From NCBI GenBank assembly GCA_017857595.1, contig JAFMCU010000002.1, positions 458-64,457 of the forward strand: a stretch of 64,000 nt of DNA, read 5' to 3'. The position numbers and the translations under genes were made by a program. Position 1 is the stretch's first letter, and every line of letters begins with the position of its first letter. This stretch comes from Thermoprotei archaeon. GTDB lineage: Archaea; Thermoproteota; Thermoprotei; Gearchaeales; Gearchaeaceae. This document shows positions 34,563-44,156 of the stretch, piece by piece. The notes beneath the pieces are model-generated. The model saw only the letters and a program-made list of their open reading frames with translations, made no database searches and had not been told where the DNA came from.

Positions 34563-35108
34563 TTATTTATTCTCTTTTTTAAGCTTCCTCTTAATTAACA
34601 ATTCAGGGTATGTTTCCTCTATAATCAAATCTTCAGCTAAGCCTAATTTTTTCATCAAATTATTCAACTTTGTTCTGTTAAAATTTTGTTTTAGTATCTC
34701 AATTTCTATAAAATCGCCTATTTTATCCACTTTATCTACACATAATTCAAAATCGTCCAAGCGATAAATTTCTCTTTCTTTCTTTATCGACAATATTTTG
34801 TTAAATCCTATCTTTTTAAACAAATATAATAGTTTGCTTTTATCGACAAGTGAGAATTCAATTGTTATTTCTTTTCTAATTTTTTCTCTTGTTTTAGCTC
34901 TTTTATCTTTAAATGTGAGAAATAATTTGCCTTCTTCTTCCCTAATTCTTAATGCCTTATCGTTTTTAAAAAGAACTAAATTTTTTTGATCTAAGTATAT
35001 ATCTGTTTGTTGTATAGTTTTTATATAATTAGCCCCTATATTGTTTAATGTATTTCTTATCAATTTAGGGTTTGAAATTTTGAACTTTAACTCTATCTCA
35101 TAATTCAT
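34563..35108 (-). CDS. CYTH-domain protein (CyaB/thiamine triphosphatase-like triphosphate tunnel metalloenzyme)
   Basis: 181 aa. N-terminal EIELKF (ExExK signature), plus LRIREE and IEIE motifs. Confidence 0.7.
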   Translation of the reverse strand: MNYEIELKFKISNPKLIRNTLNNIGANYIKTIQQTDIYLDQKNLVLFKNDKALRIREEEGKLFLTFKDKRAKTREKIRKEITIEFSLVDKSKLLYLFKKIGFNKILSIKKEREIYRLDDFELCVDKVDKIGDFIEIEILKQNFNRTKLNNLMKKLGLAEDLIIEETYPELLIKRKLKKENK

Positions 35109-36214
35109 AACTTTTGCATTTTTTCTATAGTGAAAGAAAGCTTTTCCATCGTATATTCAACCATGTCATCATTTATTATCCCCATACAACCAATTCTAAT
35201 AATATCTTCTTTTATTTTTCCAAAACCTGCTGCAATGTCAATATTAAAGTTTTCTTTTATACTCTTTGTAATTTCAGAAGCTTTTAATCCTCTAGGAGTT
35301 TTTAGCGCAATGACGGTTACAGATTTATCTTCATTTCTTGGATAAATTTCCAACCCTATATTATGTGCGTGTTGATAGAATAAATCAGAGCATTTTTTAT
35401 GTCTATTGAATACGTTATATAATCCTTCATTTCTTATCAATTCCAAAGATGTATCTAATGCATAAAAAAGTGGAACTGCTGGTGTATATGGCGTTTCTTT
35501 TTTTAGATGAAAATCCATATAAGGTTTAAGGTCAAAATAACTCGAATAAACTTCAGTATTTTTATCATACTTATCTATCGCATCTTTAGACACCGAAACT
35601 AGGGCTAACCCAGGAGGGCTTGCTAAACATTTTTGACTTCCAGTAATATGAACATCGATTTTCCATTTATCAGTAGGTATGTCGACACCGCCTAGTATTG
35701 AAATTGAATCAACTATATTTATGGCACCTTTATCCTTTGAAACTTTTAACATCTTTTCCATATCCCATGCAGTAACACCTGTAGAAGTTTCATTCGCAAC
35801 TAATGCAAAAACATCAATTTGAGCATATTTATCAAAAATTTCTTTAATATCATCATAGTTAGGCGCTGTACCATAAGGATAATCAATTTTAATTACCTGT
35901 TTGCAAATTTTTAATACAGCTCTATATAACCTTTCACTAAATTCTCCAAATACAGGGACCACAACCTTATCGTTTTTTTCTATAAAATTTATTACGCCAA
36001 ATTCGACACCGCCTGTGCCTGAAGATGATAAGATAAATATGTCATTATCTGTTTGAAAAACATACTTTAGTTTTTCTTGGAGATTAGAGTAAAGATCATG
36101 AAATTCTTTTCCTCTATGATTGATAATTGGTTTTTGCATCGATCTCAAAGTTTCTTCATGAATATTAGTAGGTCCAGGCAGCATTATTAGCGGTTTCATA
36201 TAATTATATTTCAT
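35105..36214 (-). CDS. Class V PLP aminotransferase (serine/alanine-glyoxylate aminotransferase family)
   Basis: 369 aa. LMLPGPT, HRGKEF and TGSQKCLASPPGLA (PLP lysine). Confidence 0.8.
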   Translation of the reverse strand: MKYNYMKPLIMLPGPTNIHEETLRSMQKPIINHRGKEFHDLYSNLQEKLKYVFQTDNDIFILSSSGTGGVEFGVINFIEKNDKVVVPVFGEFSERLYRAVLKICKQVIKIDYPYGTAPNYDDIKEIFDKYAQIDVFALVANETSTGVTAWDMEKMLKVSKDKGAINIVDSISILGGVDIPTDKWKIDVHITGSQKCLASPPGLALVSVSKDAIDKYDKNTEVYSSYFDLKPYMDFHLKKETPYTPAVPLFYALDTSLELIRNEGLYNVFNRHKKCSDLFYQHAHNIGLEIYPRNEDKSVTVIALKTPRGLKASEITKSIKENFNIDIAAGFGKIKEDIIRIGCMGIINDDMVEYTMEKLSFTIEKMQKL

Positions 36215-36243
36215 TAATTAAAGTAGTTATATTTTGATAAGTT

Positions 36244-37029
36244 ATGATAGCTATAATAACAGATTTTGGGAGCGAGAGTATTTATGTATCTCAATTAATA
36301 AATAGGATTAAATCTATTAACCCAATTGAAGAAATTATAGTAATAACTAACAATATAAAAAAACATAATATTCTAGAAGGGGCGTTTATACTAAGAGAAG
36401 CTTGTAGATATTTAATAAATGGCACCATTGTGGTAGCTGTAGTAGATCCAGGAGTAGGGAGTGAAAGAAAGCCTTTGATAGTTGAAACGAATAAGCATAT
36501 TTTAGTAGGTCCTGATAATGGCGTGTTATACTTGGCATCCATAGAAGAAGGAATAAAAACAATTTATGAAATAGATATTGAAAAATTATTCATTCAATCA
36601 GTTTCTAACACGTTCCATGGAAGAGATGTTTTTGCTCCCATTGCAGCATTGCTAAGTTTAGGTTATAAACCTAGCTATTTTTCCAAAAGCTTATCATCCA
36701 TGAATAAAATTCAATTGCCTTCTGTGAAGATATTTGATGATAAAATAGTGGGAGAAGTTATTTTTATTGATCAATTCGGAAATATTGTGACAAACATATC
36801 CTCAAATTTACTGAAAGAATTGAAAATCACTTATAATACAATTATTAAGGTAAAAATAAAAGATTCAGAGGTGAAATTACCTTTTGTAAAAACTTATTCT
36901 GAGGTTAAATTAGGTGATCCCTTAATACTTATTGACAGTTTTGATTTATTAGAGATTGCGATTAATCAAGGAAATGCAAAAGAAAAGTTTAATATTGAGG
37001 TAGGAGAGACCGTTAGTCTTTTAATTTAA
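36244..37029 (+). CDS. SAM hydroxide adenosyltransferase / SAM hydrolase (DUF62 family)
   Basis: 261 aa. IITDFG, VVDPGVGSERKP, GPDNG and TFHGRDVFAP. Confidence 0.8.
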   Translation: MIAIITDFGSESIYVSQLINRIKSINPIEEIIVITNNIKKHNILEGAFILREACRYLINGTIVVAVVDPGVGSERKPLIVETNKHILVGPDNGVLYLASIEEGIKTIYEIDIEKLFIQSVSNTFHGRDVFAPIAALLSLGYKPSYFSKSLSSMNKIQLPSVKIFDDKIVGEVIFIDQFGNIVTNISSNLLKELKITYNTIIKVKIKDSEVKLPFVKTYSEVKLGDPLILIDSFDLLEIAINQGNAKEKFNIEVGETVSLLI

Positions 37030-37086
37030 AATTTTAAAAAACGACATTTAATAACTAGGCTTTAACAATAATAAATTTGATTAATT

Positions 37087-37698
37087 ATGTCTGAAAGTTT
37101 GGAATTTACTGGCGCTACAATAGTAGGATTAGTGTATGAAGGGGGTGTTGTATTAGCTGGAGAAAAAAGGGTCGCATTAGGAAATTATTTGTTAAGTAAA
37201 GCTGGGAAAAAAGTTTTTAAGGTTTTAGATAACGTTGGAATTGCAAGCGCTGGTCTATTAGCAGATATGCAAGCAATTTCAAAAATTTTTGCAGCTGAAT
37301 TAAGGATGTATGAATTGATCAATAAAAGATTGCCTTCTATTAGAAGTGCGGCTAAATTGTTGTCTAATATCCTATATAGTAGAAAGTATTTTCCATATTT
37401 AACCACAATCTTAGTAGGTGGAATAGATAGTTCTGGTCCGCACTTATATAGCTTGGATCCAATTGGTTCCTTAATAGAAGATAAATATGTAACTTTAGGG
37501 AGCGGTGCCGAATTATCACTAAGTATTTTAGAATCAGAGTATAATGAAAAACTTGCAAAATCTGAAGCAGTAGAGCTCGCATATAAATCAGTTAAAATAG
37601 CATGCGGTCGTGATGTATTGTCAGGAGACGGTGTAGACATGCTTGTAATTGATTCACAAGGAGTTGAAGAACTGTTTAGACCGCTCAAATCTATTTAA
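37087..37698 (+). CDS. psmB: Proteasome beta-type subunit with Thr1 replaced by Ala (probably non-catalytic)
   Basis: 203 aa. ..EFTG-ATIVGLVYEGGVVLAGEKR aligns with HTG-TTTVAI of the other beta subunit. Glu17 and Lys33 are kept at canonical spacing. Confidence 0.8.
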   Translation: MSESLEFTGATIVGLVYEGGVVLAGEKRVALGNYLLSKAGKKVFKVLDNVGIASAGLLADMQAISKIFAAELRMYELINKRLPSIRSAAKLLSNILYSRKYFPYLTTILVGGIDSSGPHLYSLDPIGSLIEDKYVTLGSGAELSLSILESEYNEKLAKSEAVELAYKSVKIACGRDVLSGDGVDMLVIDSQGVEELFRPLKSI

Positions 37699-37770
37699 TA
37701 ACCATTATATTTATTTTAGCATAGTAATTTTTTGTTATTTTTAGTAAGTTATTGATGGAAAATATAAAAA

Positions 37771-37843
37771 CGGGCGCGACGGGATTCGAACCCGCGACCC
37801 TTGGGTTAAAAGCCCAATACTCTTCCTGGCTGAGCTACGCGCC
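37771..37843 (-). tRNA. tRNA-Lys (UUU)
   Basis: GGGCGCG-TA-GCTC-AGCCAGGAA-GAGT-A-TTGGG-CTTTTAA-CCCAA-GGGTC-GCGGG-TTCGAAT-CCCGT-CGCGCCC-G. Confidence 0.85.
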
Positions 37844-37913
37844 CATTCTCCTTTAATCGTATTTATTATCATAAATATATTATTAACTTTTCCTTGGCAA
37901 AAAATTGAAATAA

Positions 37914-37921
37914 TTTTATAA
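37914..37921 (+). promoter_or_regulatory. TATA-like box (TTTTATAA) candidate for the rpoH-led RNAP operon
   Basis: Ends 35 nt upstream of the rpoH ATG (37956) and is preceded by a purine-rich GAAATAA (BRE-like). Confidence 0.35.
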
Positions 37922-37955
37922 GTTACTTAATATATTTTTAAAACAATTTCATAAG

Positions 37956-38201
37956 ATGGAAAAGGATAATTATGATATTCTTGAGCATGAGCTTGTACCT
38001 AAGCATGTAGTATTATCTAAAGAAGAATCCAAAAAGCTTTTAAAAAGACTGAAAGTTAAACCTTATAATTTGCCATGGATAAGAGCTTCTGACCCTGTAT
38101 GTAAAAGGATTGGTGCTAAACCGGGCAGCATAATAAAAATAATAAGAAAAAGTCCTACAGCCGGTATAACTGTATATTATAGATTTGTAATACCTGGGTA
38201 A
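37956..38201 (+). CDS. rpoH: DNA-directed RNA polymerase subunit H (Rpo5)
   Basis: 81 aa. HELVPKH..LS.EE...LL....V....LP.I...DPV....GAKPG.I.KI.R.S.TAG. Confidence 0.9.
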   Translation: MEKDNYDILEHELVPKHVVLSKEESKKLLKRLKVKPYNLPWIRASDPVCKRIGAKPGSIIKIIRKSPTAGITVYYRFVIPG

Positions 38202-38202
38202 A

Positions 38203-41200
38203 ATGCCAATGAAAGAGGAAATAAATAACGAAGATTTATGGATTTTAGTTGAAAGCTTCATTAGAGAAAGAGGTCTAGTAAGGTTACATCTCGATTCCTA
38301 TAATGAATTTATCAAAAAAGGTTTACAACAAATAATAGATGAGGTAAAAAGAATAGAAGTTAAAGTTGCAGGTGTTAGTATCCCTGGCTTTTACATAGAA
38401 TTAGGAAAGGTGGAAGTAGGAGAACCAAGAATCAAAGAAGCAAAAGGGTTCAACATAAAAGTTACACCTAATGAATGTAGATTAAGAGGATTAACTTATT
38501 CTGCTCCAATTTATTTAGAAATGGAACTTTACAAGGATGGCAATCCAATAGGTAAAGAAAAAATTGAAATAGGAGATATTCCTGTGATGGTAAAATCTGA
38601 GAAATGCTCACTATCCAAGTTAAATAGGGAAGAATTGGTCCAAGCTGGAGAAGATCCAGACGATCCCGGAGGTTATTTTATTATAAACGGAACGGAACGC
38701 GTTATAGTTGCTCAAGAAGATCTTGCTGAAAACAGAATCTTGTTAGATGTATCTCAAAGAAGTTCTTCTGCTACTCATGTTGCTAAGGTAATTTCAGCAA
38801 TTCCTGGTCAACGCTCCTCAGTGACCGTAGAAAGGAGTAAAGAAGGAATATTATATATTACCTTTCCTGCTGTACCCGGTAGAATTCCACTCTTCATTGT
38901 GCTAAGAGCCTTAGGATTAAAGACAGATCAAGAAATATCGGAGGCAATATCACATGAACCTGTAATTTTATCTCAGCTATATCCTTCCTTTATAGAAATG
39001 GAAAAAGTGCCTACCCCTGAAGCTGCAATAGAGTATATTGGTAACAGGGTGGCGCATGGAAGACCACGAGAAAAAAGAATAGAAGCAGCTGAATTAGTTC
39101 TAGATAGGAACCTATTACCTCATCTTGGAACTACGAAGGAAGCTAGATTGAAAAAGGCCTATTATTTGGCTCAAATGGCAAATGCAGTTATTGAGGCTGA
39201 CTTAGGCATGAGACCTTTAGATGATAAAGACCATTATAAGAATAAAAGACTTAAATTAGCAGGAGATCTATTAGCTATACTATTTAGGAGCGTTTTCAAT
39301 AGTTTTGTTAAGGATGTAGTATATCAATTAGAAAAGTTATCTGAAAAAAGGAGGGAGGAAATAGAATTAAGTTTGCTTGTTAGATCTGACATTATTACTG
39401 AGAAAATTATGTATGCCTTAGCAACAGGTAATTGGGTTGGAGGAAAAACAGGAGTTAGCCAACTATTGGATAGAACTAATTATTTATCAACATTGAGTCA
39501 TCTTAGGCGAGTAGTATCACCATTAAGTAGAACCCAACCACATTTTGAGGCAAGAGATCTTCATCCAACTCAATGGGGAAGAATATGTCCTGTTGAAACT
39601 CCTGAAGGGCCTAACTGTGGATTAGTTAAAAATTTAGCTTTATTAGCTACAGTTTCTGTAGGCGGTTATAGAGATGAAGTTAAGAGTATTTTACTTAATA
39701 ACTTAAAAATTACAACAAAGGCTACTAGAGATAAAGATTATGCAAATATATATTTAGATGGAGAGTTAATTGGCAGGTATGAATTTCCTGAAAAGCTCGT
39801 AGAAAATATTAGAAAATTGAGAAGAAAAAGAATATTCCCGTATGAGTTAAGTATTGTTTATTATGAAAAGCCTACAGTCAAAGAAATCCATATAAACACT
39901 GATGCAGGCCGAATTTTAAGACCGGTGTTGATAGTTGAAGAAGGAAAAATTAAATTAAAAAAGGAGCATATAGAAAAGATTAAAAGCGGTGAACTGACAT
40001 GGAGTGATCTTTTGGGAGATGTTATAGAGTATTTAGATGCAGAAGAAGAGGAAAATGCATATATCGCAGTCGATTATAAAAATGTAACGACTGAACATAC
40101 CCATGCTGAGTTACCTCCAGCAACAATCCTTGGCTTGGTCGCCTCAGTAATTCCTTACGCTGATCATAATCATTCTCCAAGGAATACATTTGAAGCTGCA
40201 ATGGGTAAACAAGCTTTAGGTTTTCCCTTCTCAAATCCTTTTAGAAGAGCTGATAGTAGAGCGCATCTTCTTCATTATCCACAAATACCATTAGTAATAA
40301 CTAAGACTATGAAAATTAGTGGTGTATTAAGAAGACCATTTGGCCAAAATATGGTAGTTGCAGTTTTATCATATACTGGTTATAATATTCAAGATGCTAT
40401 TATAATAAATAAATCATCTGTTGACAGAGGTTTAGCTAGATCAACATTTTTCAGACTTTATGAAGCTGAGGAGCATCGATATCCAGGGGGGACCCATGAT
40501 TCAATAGAAATTCCGCAACCTGGCATAAAAGGATATTACGCACATGAATTTTATGCGAAATTAGATGAAGATGGTGTTATTATACCAGAACTAGAAGTGA
40601 AAGGTGGTGAGGTGTTGATTGGTAAAACAAGTCCACCACGTTTCTTAGAGGAATTTAAAGAAGTGGAACCTCGTCTTCAAAGGAGAGATACCTCGGTAAT
40701 GCTTAGACATGAAGAGAAAGGTATTGTTGATACTGTAATTATGACCAATACAACTGATGATAATGTTTTTGTAAGAGTTAAAGTCAGAGATAATAGAATA
40801 GCTGAAATCGGTGATAAATTTGCTTCAAGGCATGGTCAAAAGGGTGTCATTGGGATCCTTTTAAATCAAGAAGATATGCCTTTCACAGAGAGTGGTATAG
40901 TACCAGACCTTATAATAAATCCACACGCAATTCCTTCTCGAATGACAATAGGACAATTGTTGGAATCAATTGCAGGTAAATATGCCGCTCTATCAGGTCA
41001 TATAGTTGATGGAACACCTTTTGAAGGGGTTAATGAAAAAACTTTAAGAGAAGAATTGGAAAAATATGGCTTTAAATCAACAGGCAAGGAAATAATGTAC
41101 AATGGTTTAACAGGAGAAAAAATGGTTGCCGAAGTGTTCATAGGTATTGTTTATTATCAAAAATTACATCATATGGTCAGTGATAAGATACACGCTCGTG

Positions 41201-41559
41201 CGAGAGGACCTGTTCAAATACTAACTAGACAACCAACTGAAGGAAGAGCAAGAGAGGGCGGATTACGTTTTGGAGAAATGGAAAGAGATTGTTTAATTGC
41301 GTATGGAGCTTCTTCAATTCTTCAAGATGTTTTATTAGAGATGTCAGACCCAACTTATATTTATGTATGTAAAAAATGTTATTCTATGGCGTATTTCGAT
41401 AGTAAAAAAAATAGTTTTAATTGTCATTTCTGTGGGTATCACCAAGACATAGCAAAGGTAAAAGTAGCATATGCATTTAAGTTGCTGCTTCAAGAATTGA
41501 TGAGCATGTGCATTTATCCAAGACTTATTGTTGAAGAAAAGATAAAGAGGTGGGCCTAA
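38203..41559 (+). CDS. rpoB: DNA-directed RNA polymerase subunit B (Rpo2), unsplit
   Basis: 1118 aa. GYFIINGTERV, SRHGQKGV, GGLRFGEMERDC and a C-terminal zinc ribbon CKKC..CHFCG. Confidence 0.97.
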   Translation: MPMKEEINNEDLWILVESFIRERGLVRLHLDSYNEFIKKGLQQIIDEVKRIEVKVAGVSIPGFYIELGKVEVGEPRIKEAKGFNIKVTPNECRLRGLTYSAPIYLEMELYKDGNPIGKEKIEIGDIPVMVKSEKCSLSKLNREELVQAGEDPDDPGGYFIINGTERVIVAQEDLAENRILLDVSQRSSSATHVAKVISAIPGQRSSVTVERSKEGILYITFPAVPGRIPLFIVLRALGLKTDQEISEAISHEPVILSQLYPSFIEMEKVPTPEAAIEYIGNRVAHGRPREKRIEAAELVLDRNLLPHLGTTKEARLKKAYYLAQMANAVIEADLGMRPLDDKDHYKNKRLKLAGDLLAILFRSVFNSFVKDVVYQLEKLSEKRREEIELSLLVRSDIITEKIMYALATGNWVGGKTGVSQLLDRTNYLSTLSHLRRVVSPLSRTQPHFEARDLHPTQWGRICPVETPEGPNCGLVKNLALLATVSVGGYRDEVKSILLNNLKITTKATRDKDYANIYLDGELIGRYEFPEKLVENIRKLRRKRIFPYELSIVYYEKPTVKEIHINTDAGRILRPVLIVEEGKIKLKKEHIEKIKSGELTWSDLLGDVIEYLDAEEEENAYIAVDYKNVTTEHTHAELPPATILGLVASVIPYADHNHSPRNTFEAAMGKQALGFPFSNPFRRADSRAHLLHYPQIPLVITKTMKISGVLRRPFGQNMVVAVLSYTGYNIQDAIIINKSSVDRGLARSTFFRLYEAEEHRYPGGTHDSIEIPQPGIKGYYAHEFYAKLDEDGVIIPELEVKGGEVLIGKTSPPRFLEEFKEVEPRLQRRDTSVMLRHEEKGIVDTVIMTNTTDDNVFVRVKVRDNRIAEIGDKFASRHGQKGVIGILLNQEDMPFTESGIVPDLIINPHAIPSRMTIGQLLESIAGKYAALSGHIVDGTPFEGVNEKTLREELEKYGFKSTGKEIMYNGLTGEKMVAEVFIGIVYYQKLHHMVSDKIHARARGPVQILTRQPTEGRAREGGLRFGEMERDCLIAYGASSILQDVLLEMSDPTYIYVCKKCYSMAYFDSKKNSFNCHFCGYHQDIAKVKVAYAFKLLLQELMSMCIYPRLIVEEKIKRWA
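41547..41552 (+). promoter_or_regulatory. Shine-Dalgarno-like GAGGTG for rpoA1
   Basis: Lies 7 nt upstream of the ATG at 41559 and is complementary to the conserved 16S 3' end (..CACCUCC). Confidence 0.45.
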
Positions 41560-44156
41560 TGGAAGAAACAGAATATGTAATTAAAACCATCAAATTTGGT
41601 ATACTTTCACCTGAACATATAAAGAAAATGTCTGTTGTTACTATTACCGTGCCCGATACTTATGATGAAGAATGGGTACCGATACCTTTTGGATTGATGG
41701 ATAGAAGATTAGGTACTTTAGAACCTCTACAAAGATGTGAGACATGCGGAGAGAGAATGGAGCAATGTCCTGGTCATTTTGGAAGGATAGAACTTGCACG
41801 ACCAGTAATCCACATTGGTTTTATAAAATACATAACTATGATCTTACAAACTACATGTTCAGAATGTGGTAGGATATTGTTAGATGACAATTCTATAAGG
41901 CGTTATAAAGATTATTATCTGAGATTTAAAAATAAAAAATTGCATTATTTTGCAACATTAATAAATAATATAGTTGTAAAAAAAGCATCACAAGCTAGTA
42001 AATGTCCACATTGTAAAGCAACTAAGCTAAAAATAAAATTTGAGAGACCTTTTTCAATAATTGAAGAGATGAATGGAGAAAGTAAAATTTTAACGCCTTA
42101 TGAAGTTCATGATAGACTTAAAAAGATACCTGATGAAGATGTTGAATTATTAGGTTTTGATCCTGTTTATGCCAGACCTGAATGGGCAGTTTTGTTTACA
42201 TTACCAGTTCCACCTATTAGCATAAGACCATCCATTACTTTAGAAACAGGAGAAAGATCCGAGGATGATCTAACTCATAAGTTAGGAGATATAGTTAGAA
42301 CAAATGAAAAGTTGAAACAGAGTATTGAATCAGGTTCTCCACAATTAATTATAGATGAACATTGGAATCTCTTACAGTTCCATGTTGCAACTTATTTTGA
42401 TAATGAAATTGCTGGTTTATCACAGTCTGTACATAGATCAGGACGTCCTCTTAAGACCTTTGCTCAAAGGTTAAAAGGAAAAGAAGGTAGATTTCGAAGT
42501 AATTTATCTGGTAAAAGAGTTGATTTTTCTGCGAGAACTGTAATCTCTCCTGATCCGTTTATAAGCATTAACGAAGTCGGTGTCCCATATGATGTAGCAA
42601 TGAGATTGACTGTGCCAGAAAAAGTTACTCAATGGAATATAGATAGACTTAAGGAAGCTGTAAGAAAAGGTCCAAATGAATTAGGAGGTGCAAATTATGT
42701 AATAAGACCTGATGGTAGACAAATAGATTTGCGTTTCGTAAAAGATCGAAATGTACTTGCTGATCAATTAGAGCCAGGTTACATTGTAGAGAGGCATTTG
42801 ATGGACGGCGATCTAGTTATATTCAATAGGCAACCTTCATTACATAGAATATCAATCATGGCGCATCAAGTTAAATGCCTACCTGGAAAAACATTGAGAA
42901 TAAATCCCATGGTATGTCCACCTTATAATGCTGATTTCGATGGTGATGAAATGAATCTATTTGTTCCACAAGATAGTGAAGCAAGAAGTGAAATGGAGAC
43001 TATCATGAAAGTTGAGAAGCAAATGTTAACTCCTAGATATGGCGGTATGATTATAGGAGCTCTTCATGACTATATAACATCAGCTTACATTTTAACAAAA
43101 AAGGATACGAAACTTAGTCGTTTTATAGCATCTTACATTTTAGGATTGGCTGGTTATAGAGAACCAATTGAATTATCTAATGAAATAAAAGGTAGAGAAA
43201 TATTTAGTAAACTTTTACCTAATATAGATTTTGAAGGAAAACCGTTAGCTGTATTCAATGAAGAAGATAAAAAATTAGTTATAAAAGCAGGTAGAATTTT
43301 ATCTGGCGTAATAGATCATAACGCAATTGGAGATCAGAAAGCCCATACACTTTTACATAAAATTTATTTAACATTTGGACCTGAATTTACTAAAGATTTT
43401 ATAGATAAATTAGGTAAGTTGTTAATAGGCTATCTTGATCATTATGGCTTTTCTATAGGATTAGATGAAGAAGATCTTCCAGATGAAGCCTATGCCAATA
43501 TAAATGAAGCTATAAGAAAGCACCTTAAGAAAGTCGATGAATATATTGAAATGTATAGGAAAGGTCTTTTAGAAAGGGAGCCTGGAGCAACTGTAGAAGA
43601 AACATTAGAACAAAAGATCATGGATGAATTGAATCTTGCTAGAGATGAAGCAGGAAAAATTGCAGAAAAATATTTCAATCAAGACAATTCTATACTTATT
43701 ACAGCAAAAACTGGAGCAAGAGGTAAGATGTTAAATCTGTTCCATATGGCTGCATGTATAGGTCAACAATCACTTAGAGGCAAAAGAATAACTAGGGGGT
43801 ATGAGAATAGGACGTTGCCTCATTTCAAAAAAGGAGATATTTCGCCGTATGCGAGAGGATTTATCAAAAGTAATTATAAAAAAGGACTTTCGCCTTTAGA
43901 ATTCTTCTTTCATGCAATTTCTGGTAGAGAGGGATTAGTAGATACAGCTGTTCGTACTTCACAAAGCGGATATATGCAAAGAAGATTAATCAATGCTTTA
44001 TTGGATGTTTATGTAGAGTACGACGGTACAGTTAGGGATGCTGAAGGTAATATAATACAGTTTTTATATGGTGAAGATGGTATCGATCCAACGTACAGCT
44101 TTGGTCAAGAGCCAGTTGATTTGGATAGTATAATAAAAGATGAACTTGAAAAATGA
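41559..44156 (+). CDS. rpoA1: DNA-directed RNA polymerase subunit A' (Rpo1N)
   Basis: IKFGILSPEHIKKMS, CxxCG/CPGHFG zinc site and NADFDGDEMN. I prefer the ATG at 41559 (TAATG overlap with the rpoB stop, preceded by an SD) over the track's GTG at 41550. Confidence 0.95.
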   Translation: MEETEYVIKTIKFGILSPEHIKKMSVVTITVPDTYDEEWVPIPFGLMDRRLGTLEPLQRCETCGERMEQCPGHFGRIELARPVIHIGFIKYITMILQTTCSECGRILLDDNSIRRYKDYYLRFKNKKLHYFATLINNIVVKKASQASKCPHCKATKLKIKFERPFSIIEEMNGESKILTPYEVHDRLKKIPDEDVELLGFDPVYARPEWAVLFTLPVPPISIRPSITLETGERSEDDLTHKLGDIVRTNEKLKQSIESGSPQLIIDEHWNLLQFHVATYFDNEIAGLSQSVHRSGRPLKTFAQRLKGKEGRFRSNLSGKRVDFSARTVISPDPFISINEVGVPYDVAMRLTVPEKVTQWNIDRLKEAVRKGPNELGGANYVIRPDGRQIDLRFVKDRNVLADQLEPGYIVERHLMDGDLVIFNRQPSLHRISIMAHQVKCLPGKTLRINPMVCPPYNADFDGDEMNLFVPQDSEARSEMETIMKVEKQMLTPRYGGMIIGALHDYITSAYILTKKDTKLSRFIASYILGLAGYREPIELSNEIKGREIFSKLLPNIDFEGKPLAVFNEEDKKLVIKAGRILSGVIDHNAIGDQKAHTLLHKIYLTFGPEFTKDFIDKLGKLLIGYLDHYGFSIGLDEEDLPDEAYANINEAIRKHLKKVDEYIEMYRKGLLEREPGATVEETLEQKIMDELNLARDEAGKIAEKYFNQDNSILITAKTGARGKMLNLFHMAACIGQQSLRGKRITRGYENRTLPHFKKGDISPYARGFIKSNYKKGLSPLEFFFHAISGREGLVDTAVRTSQSGYMQRRLINALLDVYVEYDGTVRDAEGNIIQFLYGEDGIDPTYSFGQEPVDLDSIIKDELEK

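Noticed and set aside
37185-37688. 167-aa and 72-aa antisense ORFs opposite the proteasome beta gene
   Set aside because: The sense strand encodes a well-conserved proteasome subunit. The antisense products are Ser/Leu/Pro-rich with no motifs.
41550-41558. GTG start for rpoA1 given by the ORF track
   Set aside because: The ATG at 41559 is preceded by GAGGTG at the right distance and overlaps the rpoB stop as TAATG. The GTG lies inside that SD. Either start is possible and the difference is 3 codons.
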